A stretch of DNA of 64,000 nt from Candidatus Saccharimonadota bacterium (GTDB lineage Bacteria; Patescibacteriota; Saccharimonadia; CAILAD01; GCA-016700035). The notes under the pieces are model-generated. The model was given only the letters and a program-made list of their open reading frames with translations. It was not told where the DNA came from and ran no database searches. Below, in pieces: positions 31,635-41,951 of this stretch. The DNA is taken from positions 406,372 through 470,371 of the forward strand of contig JAXLZV010000001.1 of NCBI GenBank assembly GCA_046350755.1, written 5' to 3'. How positions within the stretch are numbered: the first letter of the stretch is position 1; every line of letters starts with the position of its first letter. A program made the translations under genes and the position numbers.

Positions 31635-33044
31635 ATGGCTACACCTGCACCGAAAACTGTTTTATTAGTGCCATTTAGCTCGAATGATCAATCACGGATC
31701 CTGATTTGGCAGCATGTCCATAGTTGGCTCACGCAAACTTTGGATTACCCACTCTACCTAGGTGAACATTTTCCTGAAACTCCAGGCACCTATAACCTCA
31801 GTCTCGCCCGCAACCTCGCAGCCCAGAAAGCTGGTGACTGGGAAGTGGCGGTTATCCATGATGCTGACACGGTCATTAACCCACAGCAGATTACCGCCGG
31901 TGTGGCCGCCGCCTATGAAACGGGTGCCGTCACCTACCCCTACACTGAGCGCTGGGAACTAGACTTTACCGGCACGAAAATGTTGCTCAGCGACGAAACC
32001 AGCAAATGGCAGCAATATATGACACCATATGCACACAATCAACCGCTTGGTGGTTGTATCATTGTGCGTCGGGACTTATGGGAGCTAGTACGTGGTTTTG
32101 ACACTGGCTTTGTGGGCTGGGGCCACGAAGACGGCGCGTTTGCGATTGCCTGTCAGGTTTTGAGCGGCAAACTGTTGCAGCGCATCCCCGGCAAATCATT
32201 GCATCTCGAACACGTCTTGGCACCGGCCAAGCGACCAGACAATCCTATCTATCGTGCTAATAAGGCACGCATCGACCAATATATACAGGCTGGCGACCAG
32301 CCGAATGGGTATGAGCTCATCCGGAAACTGCGTGATGCGTCCATTGCAACCGATCAAGCAAGCGGTATTCACTGGTCACCAAATGAATCTGAAAACAAGG
32401 GCATGAATACCACCACTGCCCTCATGCTCTTGCGCGATGTAGCGGCAGTACTCGAGAAGTATCAGTGTACTCATTGGCTGAGTGATGGCACCTTGCTTGG
32501 TACGATGCGCGAGAATGATTTCATCGCCCATGATGATGATGTCGACCTCGGTGTATGGGCGGCGGACTTTGATATCCGCGTCATCCACGAACTCATCAAT
32601 AGATATGGTTGCAGAATAGTCAGGCTACAAGGCACGCCAGATGACGGTATGATCATCTCCGTACAACGACTTACCGTTCATCTGGATATGTTTTTCTATT
32701 ATCCCCTAGCAAAGTCAGAGAAAGGACATCCGTCAGCAAAAATCTACCACAGCATCTATTTTCTCGAAAAACCTTACAATACATCGAATAAAGCCAGACG
32801 ATACAATTGCGTGTACCCAGATTTCAAACCACTAGTGCGGCGTAGCTTTAAAGGCCATGAGTTTTGGGTACCCGAAAATGCCAAGCAGCATTTGGTCGCT
32901 GCCTATGGTAAGGACTGGAGAAAACCACAGCCAAATTGGGATACCGAGAAAGATCAGCCTAATCTCGTGCGGCATGGCACCGCCAGTGATATGGCAGCCG
33001 ACCGACAGCAGGTTGAACAGTTTCTCAAAATACGTCGACTATGA
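31635..33044 (+). CDS. bifunctional GT-A glycosyltransferase / LicD-family phosphotransferase fusion (copy 1)
   Basis: N-terminal GT-A: HDADTV (DxD), GGCIIVRRDLWELVRGFDTGFVGWGHEDG. C-terminal LicD: WLSDGTLLGTMRENDFIAHDDDVDLGVWAADFD. Confidence 0.75.
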   Translation: MATPAPKTVLLVPFSSNDQSRILIWQHVHSWLTQTLDYPLYLGEHFPETPGTYNLSLARNLAAQKAGDWEVAVIHDADTVINPQQITAGVAAAYETGAVTYPYTERWELDFTGTKMLLSDETSKWQQYMTPYAHNQPLGGCIIVRRDLWELVRGFDTGFVGWGHEDGAFAIACQVLSGKLLQRIPGKSLHLEHVLAPAKRPDNPIYRANKARIDQYIQAGDQPNGYELIRKLRDASIATDQASGIHWSPNESENKGMNTTTALMLLRDVAAVLEKYQCTHWLSDGTLLGTMRENDFIAHDDDVDLGVWAADFDIRVIHELINRYGCRIVRLQGTPDDGMIISVQRLTVHLDMFFYYPLAKSEKGHPSAKIYHSIYFLEKPYNTSNKARRYNCVYPDFKPLVRRSFKGHEFWVPENAKQHLVAAYGKDWRKPQPNWDTEKDQPNLVRHGTASDMAADRQQVEQFLKIRRL

Positions 33045-33973
33045 TCCTTGCGTCATCGCCCAACCCACTATCTTTTGTAGAGTTTGAGGTTTTGCGACAG
33101 CTCACGAGTCAGAATGAATATACAGTATCAAGCCTGCCTGACTCACTCATCTTTCTTAATGCACAGGAAATACAGCATGCCGTTCAAGATTTACTCCAAA
33201 AAAAACTTGTGCAGCAGTCACGCCACACACTCCTAGCTACCCCCGCAGCACAGTCTGCCCTCGAGCCATACCGAGTTAAGCGCGCCGTAATTTTAGCAGC
33301 TGGACGGGGTGAACGCTTGCGACCAGAAACAGACACTACCCCAAAACCGATGGTACGAGTACACCACAAGCGACTGATCGAAACACAGCTCGATGCCCTC
33401 GCTGCGGCTGGCATACATGATGTCACGATTGTGCGCGGGTATAAGGGCGAGCTATTCGATGAGCTACTGGAGACATATCCGCACATCAAATTTATCGATA
33501 ACCCTCGTTGGGACAGTACTGGCGGGATTGTTTCAGCCGCACTGGCAGTCGATAAACTAGCTGGAGCCTACCTGATAGAAGGCGATTTTTTCGTAAAAAA
33601 CCCGGCCGTACTCCGACCATACGAATACCGCAGTTCGTATTGTGGTACTCTGGGCGCGACCCACAATGACTGGTACTTTTCGGTCGACCAAGCGCAAAAA
33701 ATTCATGCCCTCGCCTTCGGAGACTCACAACCGAATGACTATAAATTTATCGGTATCATGTACTGGGCGCCACCAGAAGCCGAGCAGCTCAAGCTTGATC
33801 TGCCGACAGTATTACAAACTCCTGCTGGCAAGCAGGGTTTTATTGAGGGTGTCCCATTTAATGCTCAGGCTGGCACCTACAATATCTATGCCAGGCGGCT
33901 ACTGAATGGTGATGTGACAGAAATTGACACACATGCAGAGCTGCTGGCATTGCGAGCTCGTGAGCATCGATAA
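33041..33973 (+). CDS. LicC-like sugar/phospho-alcohol nucleotidyltransferase with ~85-aa N-terminal extension (copy 1)
   Basis: AVILAAGRGERLRPETDTTPKPMV...IVRGYKG (compare LicC AIILAAGLGTRLRP..TENTPKALV); 4-nt overlap with the upstream gene. Confidence 0.75.
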   Translation: MILASSPNPLSFVEFEVLRQLTSQNEYTVSSLPDSLIFLNAQEIQHAVQDLLQKKLVQQSRHTLLATPAAQSALEPYRVKRAVILAAGRGERLRPETDTTPKPMVRVHHKRLIETQLDALAAAGIHDVTIVRGYKGELFDELLETYPHIKFIDNPRWDSTGGIVSAALAVDKLAGAYLIEGDFFVKNPAVLRPYEYRSSYCGTLGATHNDWYFSVDQAQKIHALAFGDSQPNDYKFIGIMYWAPPEAEQLKLDLPTVLQTPAGKQGFIEGVPFNAQAGTYNIYARRLLNGDVTEIDTHAELLALRAREHR

Positions 33974-34160
33974 TTATCCCGAGAGCTACGACCCAGTTTG
34001 GCAATTCCTGCTTATAGATTGATGCAAGGAAAAAATTGACGATGCTTATGGTTAGACGATACTATGAACAGAGTATCAACATACGTGGTTCTACTCCAAA
34101 GCACACGGAGAGATATGAAAAGTAGGTACCGACATAATTAAGTCAGTAAAAAGGGTCTAG

Positions 34161-36050
34161 ATGGCAATCAACACGCATGCGCTGCAGGCGAAATTAACCT
34201 CAAAAGAATTTGCCTTTCTGTGTTTCCTCTTGGTAGTGGTGTTTGTGTATCGACCCGGCCATGCTCACGCCGCGACCATTGATGTCGCGGCTGGCTCAAG
34301 CCTGGCTAATCCTGGCGACAACATCTGTCAAATTAATGAAGCCATCGAAAACGTTAATAGCGGCACACGAACCTATGCTGACTGTATCGAGACTGGCAGC
34401 TATGGAAGCAACGACACTATCAACCTGCCCATCGGTACGATCACAGGTCCTGGCTCTTCTCTAACTAGTGTATACAAGTATAATAATGAGAGCTTAAAAT
34501 TTGTTGGCCAAGGCCGCGGCCAATCAATTCTCGATGGCGCTGGGCTCTACCTGGTCGGTGACGGAAACTACACCGTGCAAGATCTCACCATGACAGGCTA
34601 TGGGGTTGAAGCGCACAACAGCTCCAACCTCACAATTAAGAACGTCGAAATTGATTTATTAAGCGGCAGTGGCCCAGCCATTTTGGCCGATGCCAGCAAT
34701 GTCGACATCCAGGACAGCTACTTCCATAGTATGCTCCCCAATGGTTCAGGCTATGCGCTTGTTAACTTTGAGGCCTTCAATAACAACACTTTCACGATGA
34801 ACCGCACCACCCTGAGCGATGCCGGTCAAGGTTTGCTGCTACTGCTTTCAGGCAGTGGCTTGGAGGATGCGGCTAGTGCAACTATTACTAATAGCACTTT
34901 CACCGACCTGACCGGCTTGGGCGGCCTCGATGGCAGTGGCTTTTTCTCTACTGCAACCGGTATATCTGCTGGGGCTATAACCTACGGCAGTGGCAGTGTT
35001 ACCCTCAACTACACCACCACCAATAACACCTTTAGTAACATCACCAACAGCGATAACGGCTTCGTTAAGGCCGCGGCAATTCGGGAAGCTTCGTATTTTG
35101 AGGGCAGCGGAGCCGCCACCGTTAATCACACTGCACACAACGATCTGTATGCAGTGGGTAATGGCAGTAGTGCAGTCAATTACAATCGCTTCGACATATC
35201 CGCTTTACTTGGTTCAGGCTCCGGCTCCAACGGCAGCTATACTACCACCAGTAACGGTGGGAATGTCTCGAGTGACAATTCGTTCGCAAGCTACCTGACC
35301 AACCCCATGGACAAGCACAATGAGACCTCGCTGGCATCATTCTTGGGTGTCTTGACTGACAATGGTGGCTCAGCGCCTACCCTCGCACTGACTGAAGGCT
35401 CACCCGCCATTGATGCTGGGACCAATGTTGGTGGTATGACGACTGACCAGCGGGGTGCCACGCGACCACAAGGGAATGCCTTCGATGCCGGTGCCTATGA
35501 GTCAGCTTTCTCGGTTGCCTTTCCGACCCTGACCTACCCCGACCCCATCAAAGGCTCGACCGTCACCCTCGTCCTCCCCGGTGGTGTGACCAATCCAACG
35601 GTTGGAGCGGTAAATTACACGACACTTCCCAAAGACGGAGATAACAAGTATCCGGCTGGTCTGACGACCTTCACCTTCACCACCACTCCTGGTGCGACCA
35701 AGGCCGTCACCCTCTACTACGATCTCCCCGGTAGTCCAGCTGACTACACAGCTCGGAAGTACAACACTACGACCAAGCTGTATAGCGATATCCCGGGAGC
35801 TACCATCACCCGCGAAGACTACAACGGTAAGAGTATGCTGAAGCTCACTTACTCCATCACTGATGGTGGCATCCTCGACCAAGACGGTACGGTCAATGGC
35901 ACGATTGTGGACCCCGTGGGGCTGGCCACCACCAACCTGGCGGATACCGGGATGAATGCGAAGCTGTTGTCTGTCCTGGCAGCTGGCCTGCTGGCACTGG
36001 CCACATCCATCATGGTGCTGGCAAGTCGACTTGATCGTCGCTTGAGGTAG
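34161..36050 (+). CDS. sortase-anchored beta-helix surface protein with CSLREA-like motif, shared C-terminal module + LADTG
   Basis: Signal peptide; ICQINEAIENVN; N-x-T/S-rich beta-helix repeats; C-terminal module; LADTG-TM-RRLR. Confidence 0.75.
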   Translation: MAINTHALQAKLTSKEFAFLCFLLVVVFVYRPGHAHAATIDVAAGSSLANPGDNICQINEAIENVNSGTRTYADCIETGSYGSNDTINLPIGTITGPGSSLTSVYKYNNESLKFVGQGRGQSILDGAGLYLVGDGNYTVQDLTMTGYGVEAHNSSNLTIKNVEIDLLSGSGPAILADASNVDIQDSYFHSMLPNGSGYALVNFEAFNNNTFTMNRTTLSDAGQGLLLLLSGSGLEDAASATITNSTFTDLTGLGGLDGSGFFSTATGISAGAITYGSGSVTLNYTTTNNTFSNITNSDNGFVKAAAIREASYFEGSGAATVNHTAHNDLYAVGNGSSAVNYNRFDISALLGSGSGSNGSYTTTSNGGNVSSDNSFASYLTNPMDKHNETSLASFLGVLTDNGGSAPTLALTEGSPAIDAGTNVGGMTTDQRGATRPQGNAFDAGAYESAFSVAFPTLTYPDPIKGSTVTLVLPGGVTNPTVGAVNYTTLPKDGDNKYPAGLTTFTFTTTPGATKAVTLYYDLPGSPADYTARKYNTTTKLYSDIPGATITREDYNGKSMLKLTYSITDGGILDQDGTVNGTIVDPVGLATTNLADTGMNAKLLSVLAAGLLALATSIMVLASRLDRRLR

Positions 36051-36092
36051 GCGCGCCGTACATAGGGGTGGGATGTGTGATACAGTTTCTCT

Positions 36093-37499
36093 ATGACTCC
36101 TACATCACCAAAAACAGTCCTTTTGGTGCCATTCAGCTCACCTGAGCCGTCGCGAGTTCTCATCTGGCAACATGTCCGGAAGTGGCTCGAGCAAACTTTG
36201 GATTACCCGCTCTACGTCGGAGAGCATTTTCCCGAATCGACTGAGACCTACAACCATAGCCTAGCTCGTAACCTTGCGGCCCAGAAAGCTGGCGACTGGG
36301 AAGTAGCGGTTATCCATGATGCTGACACAGTGATTAACCCAAAGCAAATTACCGTTGGTGTAGCCGCCGCCTATGAAACTGGCGCTATTACCTATCCCTA
36401 CGACGAACGCTGGGAGCTCGACACCACTGGCACCAAGATGTTCCTCACTGATACAACCAGCAACTGGCAACAACACATGACGCAATATACTCGTGATGTT
36501 CCACTCGGTGGCTGCATGATCATCCGACGAGATCTTTGGGAACTAGTACGTGGTTTTGACACTGGCTTTGTGGGCTGGGGCCACGAAGACGGTGCGTTTG
36601 CGACTGCCTGTCAGGCGTTGGATGGCTGGAGGCTCTTACGCATTCCCGGCAAATCATTTCATCTCGAGCACGTCTATGCACCGGCAAAAAACCCAGACAA
36701 TCCAATCTATCGCGCTAATAAGGTGCGGATCGACCGATACATGCAGGCTGGCGACCAGCCCAATGCTCACGTGCTCATCCAAAAACTACGCGATGAATCA
36801 ATTCCTACCGACCTAGAGCATGGCATCATGTGGTCAATACCCCAATCCGACGATAAGAAAATGCACCAAGCGCTCGCCTTCATGCTCCTACGCGACATTG
36901 CTAGCGTGCTCGAGAAATATCAGTGCACCTATTGGCTGAGTGATGGCACCTTGCTTGGTGCGATTCGAGAAAATGATTTCATCGCCCACGATAACGACGT
37001 TGACCTCGGGGTGTGGGCGGCCGACTTTGATGTCCGGGTTATTCACGAACTGCTACATAGATTTGGTTGTAGATTTGGCAGACTCCAGGGTAAGCCTGAT
37101 GACGGCATGCTGATCACGCTCCAACGAGCGGGCGTACATCTCGATCTGTTTTTTTATTATCCTCTCAAAAATTCAACTATTTCTGAAAAATCAGCAATCT
37201 ATTGCAGTAGTTATATGCTGCTAAAGCCCTACGACTCGTCAAATAAAGCCAAGCGTTATGACTATCTCTACCCAGATTTCAAACCACTAGTGCGTCGCAG
37301 CTTGAAAGGTCATAATTTTTGGGTACCCAAAAATGCCAAGCAACATTTAATTGCTGCCTATGGTAAGAACTGGCGCACACCACAGCCAAACTGGGACACC
37401 ATGAAAGACCAGTGCAACATTAAGTCTCACGGTATTGTGAAAGATATGGCGGCCGAGCGACAGGCAATCGAAGAGTATTTACAGTTACGTCGCGCATGA
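36093..37499 (+). CDS. bifunctional GT-A glycosyltransferase / LicD-family phosphotransferase fusion (copy 2)
   Basis: Paralog of 31635-33044 with identical motifs and stretches of near-identical nucleotide sequence. Confidence 0.75.
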   Translation: MTPTSPKTVLLVPFSSPEPSRVLIWQHVRKWLEQTLDYPLYVGEHFPESTETYNHSLARNLAAQKAGDWEVAVIHDADTVINPKQITVGVAAAYETGAITYPYDERWELDTTGTKMFLTDTTSNWQQHMTQYTRDVPLGGCMIIRRDLWELVRGFDTGFVGWGHEDGAFATACQALDGWRLLRIPGKSFHLEHVYAPAKNPDNPIYRANKVRIDRYMQAGDQPNAHVLIQKLRDESIPTDLEHGIMWSIPQSDDKKMHQALAFMLLRDIASVLEKYQCTYWLSDGTLLGAIRENDFIAHDNDVDLGVWAADFDVRVIHELLHRFGCRFGRLQGKPDDGMLITLQRAGVHLDLFFYYPLKNSTISEKSAIYCSSYMLLKPYDSSNKAKRYDYLYPDFKPLVRRSLKGHNFWVPKNAKQHLIAAYGKNWRTPQPNWDTMKDQCNIKSHGIVKDMAAERQAIEEYLQLRRA

Positions 37500-38449
37500 A
37501 TGCCGCCACAACAGATCAAAACCTATCGTATGCTACATTCGAAGTGTTACAGTATGCCGTCACCCAAGACGGAGTAGATCCGGCCGATAGTAGCCATGAG
37601 ACCTTGGGTCTAAGTAAAACCGATAGAGATTTCGCCATCAAACAGCTTATTCATAAAGGATTGTTGCGTAAGACCGGCCGCATCCTCCGAGCCACCGCCG
37701 CCGCACAGTCGGCCCTCGAGCCATACCGAGTAAAGCGCGCCGTAATTTTAGCAGCCGGACGTGGTGAACGTCTGCGACCAGAAACCGACACTACCCCAAA
37801 ACCAATGGTACACGTACACAGTAGACGTCTCATCGAAACGCAGCTTGATGCTCTGGCCGCCGCTGGCATCCGTGACATCACAATTGTACGTGGGTATAAG
37901 GGCGAGCTGTTTGATGTGTTGTTGGAGACATATCCGCACATCAAGTTTATCGATAATCCTCGTTGGGACAGTACTGGAGAGATTATCTCGGCATCGTTAG
38001 TTATCGACTATCTCGCTGGCGCCTACCTCATCGAAGGTGATTTGTATATTCGCAACCCGGCCGTGCTGCGACCATACGAGTATCGCAGTTCATGGTGCGG
38101 AAAGCCCGGCGCGACCCACAATGACTGGTACTTTTCGGTCGACCAGAAGCAAAAAATTCACGCCCTCGCTTTTGGAAATACACAAGGTCAGCACGACTAC
38201 ACGTATGTTGGTATTGAATACTGGGCACCCCCAGAAGCCCGCCAGCTCAAGTTTGATCTGCAGACAGTATTACAAACTCCAGCTAACCAGCAAGGCTTTA
38301 TTGAATCTATCCCGTTTGATCCCATATATGGTACCTACAATATCTATGCCAGGCGATTGCTAGATGGTGATGTTACAGAAATCGACACACATGCAGAGCT
38401 GCTGGCATTGCGGGATCGTGAGCATCGCGAACCAGCTTTTCGGCCATAA
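37496..38449 (+). CDS. LicC-like nucleotidyltransferase with N-terminal extension (copy 2)
   Basis: Paralog of 33041-33973; AVILAAGRGERLRPETDTTPKPMV; divergent N-terminus FEVLQYAV...LSKTDRDFAIKQLIHKGLL (wHTH-like). Confidence 0.75.
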   Translation: MNAATTDQNLSYATFEVLQYAVTQDGVDPADSSHETLGLSKTDRDFAIKQLIHKGLLRKTGRILRATAAAQSALEPYRVKRAVILAAGRGERLRPETDTTPKPMVHVHSRRLIETQLDALAAAGIRDITIVRGYKGELFDVLLETYPHIKFIDNPRWDSTGEIISASLVIDYLAGAYLIEGDLYIRNPAVLRPYEYRSSWCGKPGATHNDWYFSVDQKQKIHALAFGNTQGQHDYTYVGIEYWAPPEARQLKFDLQTVLQTPANQQGFIESIPFDPIYGTYNIYARRLLDGDVTEIDTHAELLALRDREHREPAFRP

Positions 38450-38471
38450 CCTTTTCCCAGCACATATCTAT

Positions 38472-41400
38472 CTACAAAACTGATAGTTTTGTAGACGCGA
38501 GAGTGAGGCCAAGGCCTGCGAGGATGAGAGAGCCCATGGCGCAGAGATACGCCCAAGTACTCTCCCCCGTCCCCGCCAAACTCGTCGTCGCCAGTCCCAC
38601 GGGGTCCACAATCGTGCCATTAGCAGTGCCGTCTTGGTCAAGTGCTCCACCGTCAGTGATGGAATAAGTGAGTTTGACGGCGTGTTGGCCACCGATCGTG
38701 ACGTCGGTGAGGGCGGCTCCGGGAATATCTGAGTAGGTGCGACTGGTCGCATTGTACTTGCGAGCTGTGAATGAGTTTGCTCGCGCATCGGTATAGAAGT
38801 AGAGTTCTACGGGGATAGTAGCTCCTGGAGTCGTGGTAGCGGTGAAAGAGACGAAGCCTAGAGGATAGTCTTTCCCCTTATCTTGGGTTGAGAAGGAGCG
38901 AGCTTGTTCAATGATAGTGGCATCAATGGTGACACCATTCGGAACTACGAGGGTAATGTAGCGCCCGTCGGCATTGGGGAGTGACGTGACGTTAGATTGC
39001 TGAGCGTCTGGGGTGCCATCATTGTTACCGTCTCCATTGTTGGGAGCTGCGTTTTCGATGGTGTCGGGGATGGTGTCGGTGTCGGAGGAAGTAGGGGCAG
39101 CACCGTATATCAGATTAAAAATATTGTTAGAAGCTATTGAGTAAAGTGGCGTCCCAGTCTGAACAGCCTCAAATAAAGCCTGAATGTCCGGCTCTTGGTC
39201 AAAACTATCATGTATCAGCGCACCACGAAGAGTATTATTGCCTACTGCAAAGTCTGAGGTAGCAATCAGGCTTAAGCTTAAGGTCAGCTCAGTGGTGCTT
39301 GGGAGGACAGCATTACTAAATCGTACCTCGCAGATTACCAGATCTTCAGAGTAAGGAGCGAAGGCAGGAATGGAGTCTACTTGATTCATAGGACCAACAT
39401 CTGCACACCCAGTGGTATATAAATCATTGGGAGAAATAGAAACACTATCATATGTTGTATTGGTGGGAAGGTTGAAGTAAATAATTACTCCATCACCGGC
39501 AAAGTAACCAGGGCCAAGGTTCTTGAGATTCACTTCGTAGTTGGCAGTATCGCCGGATGTAATTGGTTGAGCATTGAGGAGTTTGGCGGTAAGACTGAGG
39601 TCGGTTTGCTCGGGACACGGCAGAGTGAAAGTTCGGTCTTCGCCATAGGCACGACCAGCTGAGTTTTCGGCATAAGCACGGTAATGATATGTGGTGCCAC
39701 ATGTAAGATCGTAAAGGTATGCATTACTATCCGTGTTAACCCCATAATAACTACCAGTACTCGTGGCGCCATAACTATTATCGAGGCCGTACTCGACACC
39801 AGTGCTGGGAATCTCATTACCTTCATCTGTGACCATATACTTAATTCTGGCAGAAGTACCTTGCGAGTTCTCGCGAGTGGCTGAGCCGGTATTGATAACT
39901 GGAAGGCTCGGGCAGGCGGATGTCGTAAAAGTTGCGTCATCCCCATAAGTTACAGCCTCATTGTTTATGGCGTAGGCGTGGTAATGATAAGTAGCGTTAC
40001 AATCCAAATCTGCAATATTAGCGCTGAAATCACCTGAGTTAGTTGTCTGGGTAAATATTTGGATTCGATTATATGTAGTATCGGACAGAATGAGTTGTCC
40101 TTGATTATTCATCGTTAGTCCAACAACGAAATCAAACCCACCAGCGCTCATTGTTTGCTGACCCCATTTGGTGATAAAAGTCCCACTTTCATCAAATATC
40201 TTCATGCGTCGGTTCTCCGTATCAGAAACAAACACATATCCTTGCGGACTTGTAGCCAAGCTTACGGGCAGAATAAACTGACTATCGCCTGAGCCCTGCG
40301 ATCCCCACTTGAGCATAAAGGCTCCATTGTTATCGAACTTTTGAACGCGATTATTGTTGCGATCAGCTACATAGAGATTATTTGAGGTATCAACAGCTAT
40401 CCCATACGGCAGATTAAACTGTCCATCATTACTCCCGAGAGTACCCCATTGGCTAACATATGATCCTGAGCTATTAAACTTCTGGATACGATTATTTTGA
40501 GTGTCGGCGACAAACATATTCCCATTTGAATCCACGGCAATGCCATAGGGGCTTGAGAGCTGTCCATTCCCAGACCCCGACGTGCCAAATTTGCTGATAA
40601 ACATTCCTGAGCTATTAAACTTCTGGATACGATTATTCGCGGTATCAACAACGTATATATTATTTGAAGAGTCGATTGCTAGACCTGTTGGGTTATCGAA
40701 CTGACCATCGCCCGAACCAGACGATCCCCATTGGGTTATATATGAGCCATTGCTATCAAACTTCTGGATACGATTATTATTACGATCAGCTACATAAATA
40801 TTATTTGAGGTGTCAGTGACGACTCCATAGGGGTGACTAAACTGACCATTAAGAGATGGATTGTGACCCCATTGCAAGAGATAGTTACCGCTGTTATCAA
40901 ACTTCTGAATGCGACCATTCTCATTATCACCAACGTATACATTGCCAGAAGAGTCTACCGTAATGCCGCGGGGCCCGGAGGCGAACTGATTATTACCTGT
41001 TCCGACAGACCCCCACTTGAGAATGAAGCTCCCGCTACTATCAAATTTTTGCACATTCGTACCATAAAGATCGAGCACAAAGATATTGCCCGAAGAATCT
41101 ACAACAAGGTTTATAGGTGCAATAAACTGACCATCGCCCGAACCAAAAGATCCCCATTTCAGAATAAAGGCACCATTGCTGGTAAATTTTTGGATACGTC
41201 GATTATCAATATCAACTACATACACGTTATTAGATGAGTCGATAGCTAGGTCAACAATGCTTCCAAATTGCCCATCACCACTGCCCTGCGACCCCCATTG
41301 GGTAAGTAAATTATCATTTGCATCATATTTCTTGATAGTGTGATTATTCGAATCGGCAACATAGATATTATTGGCAGAGTCCACTGTAATACAGCCGGTG

Positions 41401-41951
41401 GCAATATTCAGCTGACGAATAAATGAACCTGATGAATCGTATTTATAGATATGCTGTGAATAACCATCAACAACATACACATTATCCAGCGAGTCCACGG
41501 CTATACAGTTGATAGTGCTAAAGACATTAATGTCTCCCCATGCGGTAATAAAATTCCCAGAAGAATCAAATTTTTGGATACGCCGGTTGTAACTGTCAGC
41601 TGTATAGACATTACCGTTACTGTCGGTTGCAACATCGGTAGCAAACATAAACTGCCCTTGAGCACTTGGGTCATTGCCCCACTGCTTCAAGTATGGATAA
41701 TTTACTGGTACATCTTCATCGGCACTATTGGTATATGTGTTAGTCAAGCCATACTCAAACCCGCGCTTCGTAATCGGACTCGTACCGGCACTGGGTGCTG
41801 AGCCATTGAGAGTTCCCGAGTTCGCGCTTAGATTAGTAGCATTGTTGGTAGTGACGGTCGGAGCCGCGGCATGAGCATGACTTGCGAGTGCGAGTGTGGC
41901 GATGGCTGCAAAGGTTAGCACTGAGAAGGCTTTGGTGAGTTTGGTCATCAT
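38472..41951 (-). CDS. giant NHL-repeat beta-propeller surface protein (1159 aa), variant C-terminal module + LAGTG sorting signal
   Basis: Signal peptide near-identical to that of 26890-29193; many YVADRNNNRIQKFD repeats; LAGTG-TM. Confidence 0.8.
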   Translation of the reverse strand: MMTKLTKAFSVLTFAAIATLALASHAHAAAPTVTTNNATNLSANSGTLNGSAPSAGTSPITKRGFEYGLTNTYTNSADEDVPVNYPYLKQWGNDPSAQGQFMFATDVATDSNGNVYTADSYNRRIQKFDSSGNFITAWGDINVFSTINCIAVDSLDNVYVVDGYSQHIYKYDSSGSFIRQLNIATGCITVDSANNIYVADSNNHTIKKYDANDNLLTQWGSQGSGDGQFGSIVDLAIDSSNNVYVVDIDNRRIQKFTSNGAFILKWGSFGSGDGQFIAPINLVVDSSGNIFVLDLYGTNVQKFDSSGSFILKWGSVGTGNNQFASGPRGITVDSSGNVYVGDNENGRIQKFDNSGNYLLQWGHNPSLNGQFSHPYGVVTDTSNNIYVADRNNNRIQKFDSNGSYITQWGSSGSGDGQFDNPTGLAIDSSNNIYVVDTANNRIQKFNSSGMFISKFGTSGSGNGQLSSPYGIAVDSNGNMFVADTQNNRIQKFNSSGSYVSQWGTLGSNDGQFNLPYGIAVDTSNNLYVADRNNNRVQKFDNNGAFMLKWGSQGSGDSQFILPVSLATSPQGYVFVSDTENRRMKIFDESGTFITKWGQQTMSAGGFDFVVGLTMNNQGQLILSDTTYNRIQIFTQTTNSGDFSANIADLDCNATYHYHAYAINNEAVTYGDDATFTTSACPSLPVINTGSATRENSQGTSARIKYMVTDEGNEIPSTGVEYGLDNSYGATSTGSYYGVNTDSNAYLYDLTCGTTYHYRAYAENSAGRAYGEDRTFTLPCPEQTDLSLTAKLLNAQPITSGDTANYEVNLKNLGPGYFAGDGVIIYFNLPTNTTYDSVSISPNDLYTTGCADVGPMNQVDSIPAFAPYSEDLVICEVRFSNAVLPSTTELTLSLSLIATSDFAVGNNTLRGALIHDSFDQEPDIQALFEAVQTGTPLYSIASNNIFNLIYGAAPTSSDTDTIPDTIENAAPNNGDGNNDGTPDAQQSNVTSLPNADGRYITLVVPNGVTIDATIIEQARSFSTQDKGKDYPLGFVSFTATTTPGATIPVELYFYTDARANSFTARKYNATSRTYSDIPGAALTDVTIGGQHAVKLTYSITDGGALDQDGTANGTIVDPVGLATTSLAGTGESTWAYLCAMGSLILAGLGLTLASTKLSVL

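Noticed and set aside
34848-35882. Minus-strand ORFs (96 aa, 126 aa) within the 34161-36050 surface-protein gene
   Set aside because: Antisense shadows; the 126-aa one mirrors the conserved C-terminal module and so recurs wherever that module occurs (also 27061-27339, 29343-29768).
39493-41237. Several small ORFs inside the giant NHL-repeat gene
   Set aside because: Wrong-frame or antisense reads of repetitive NHL sequence.
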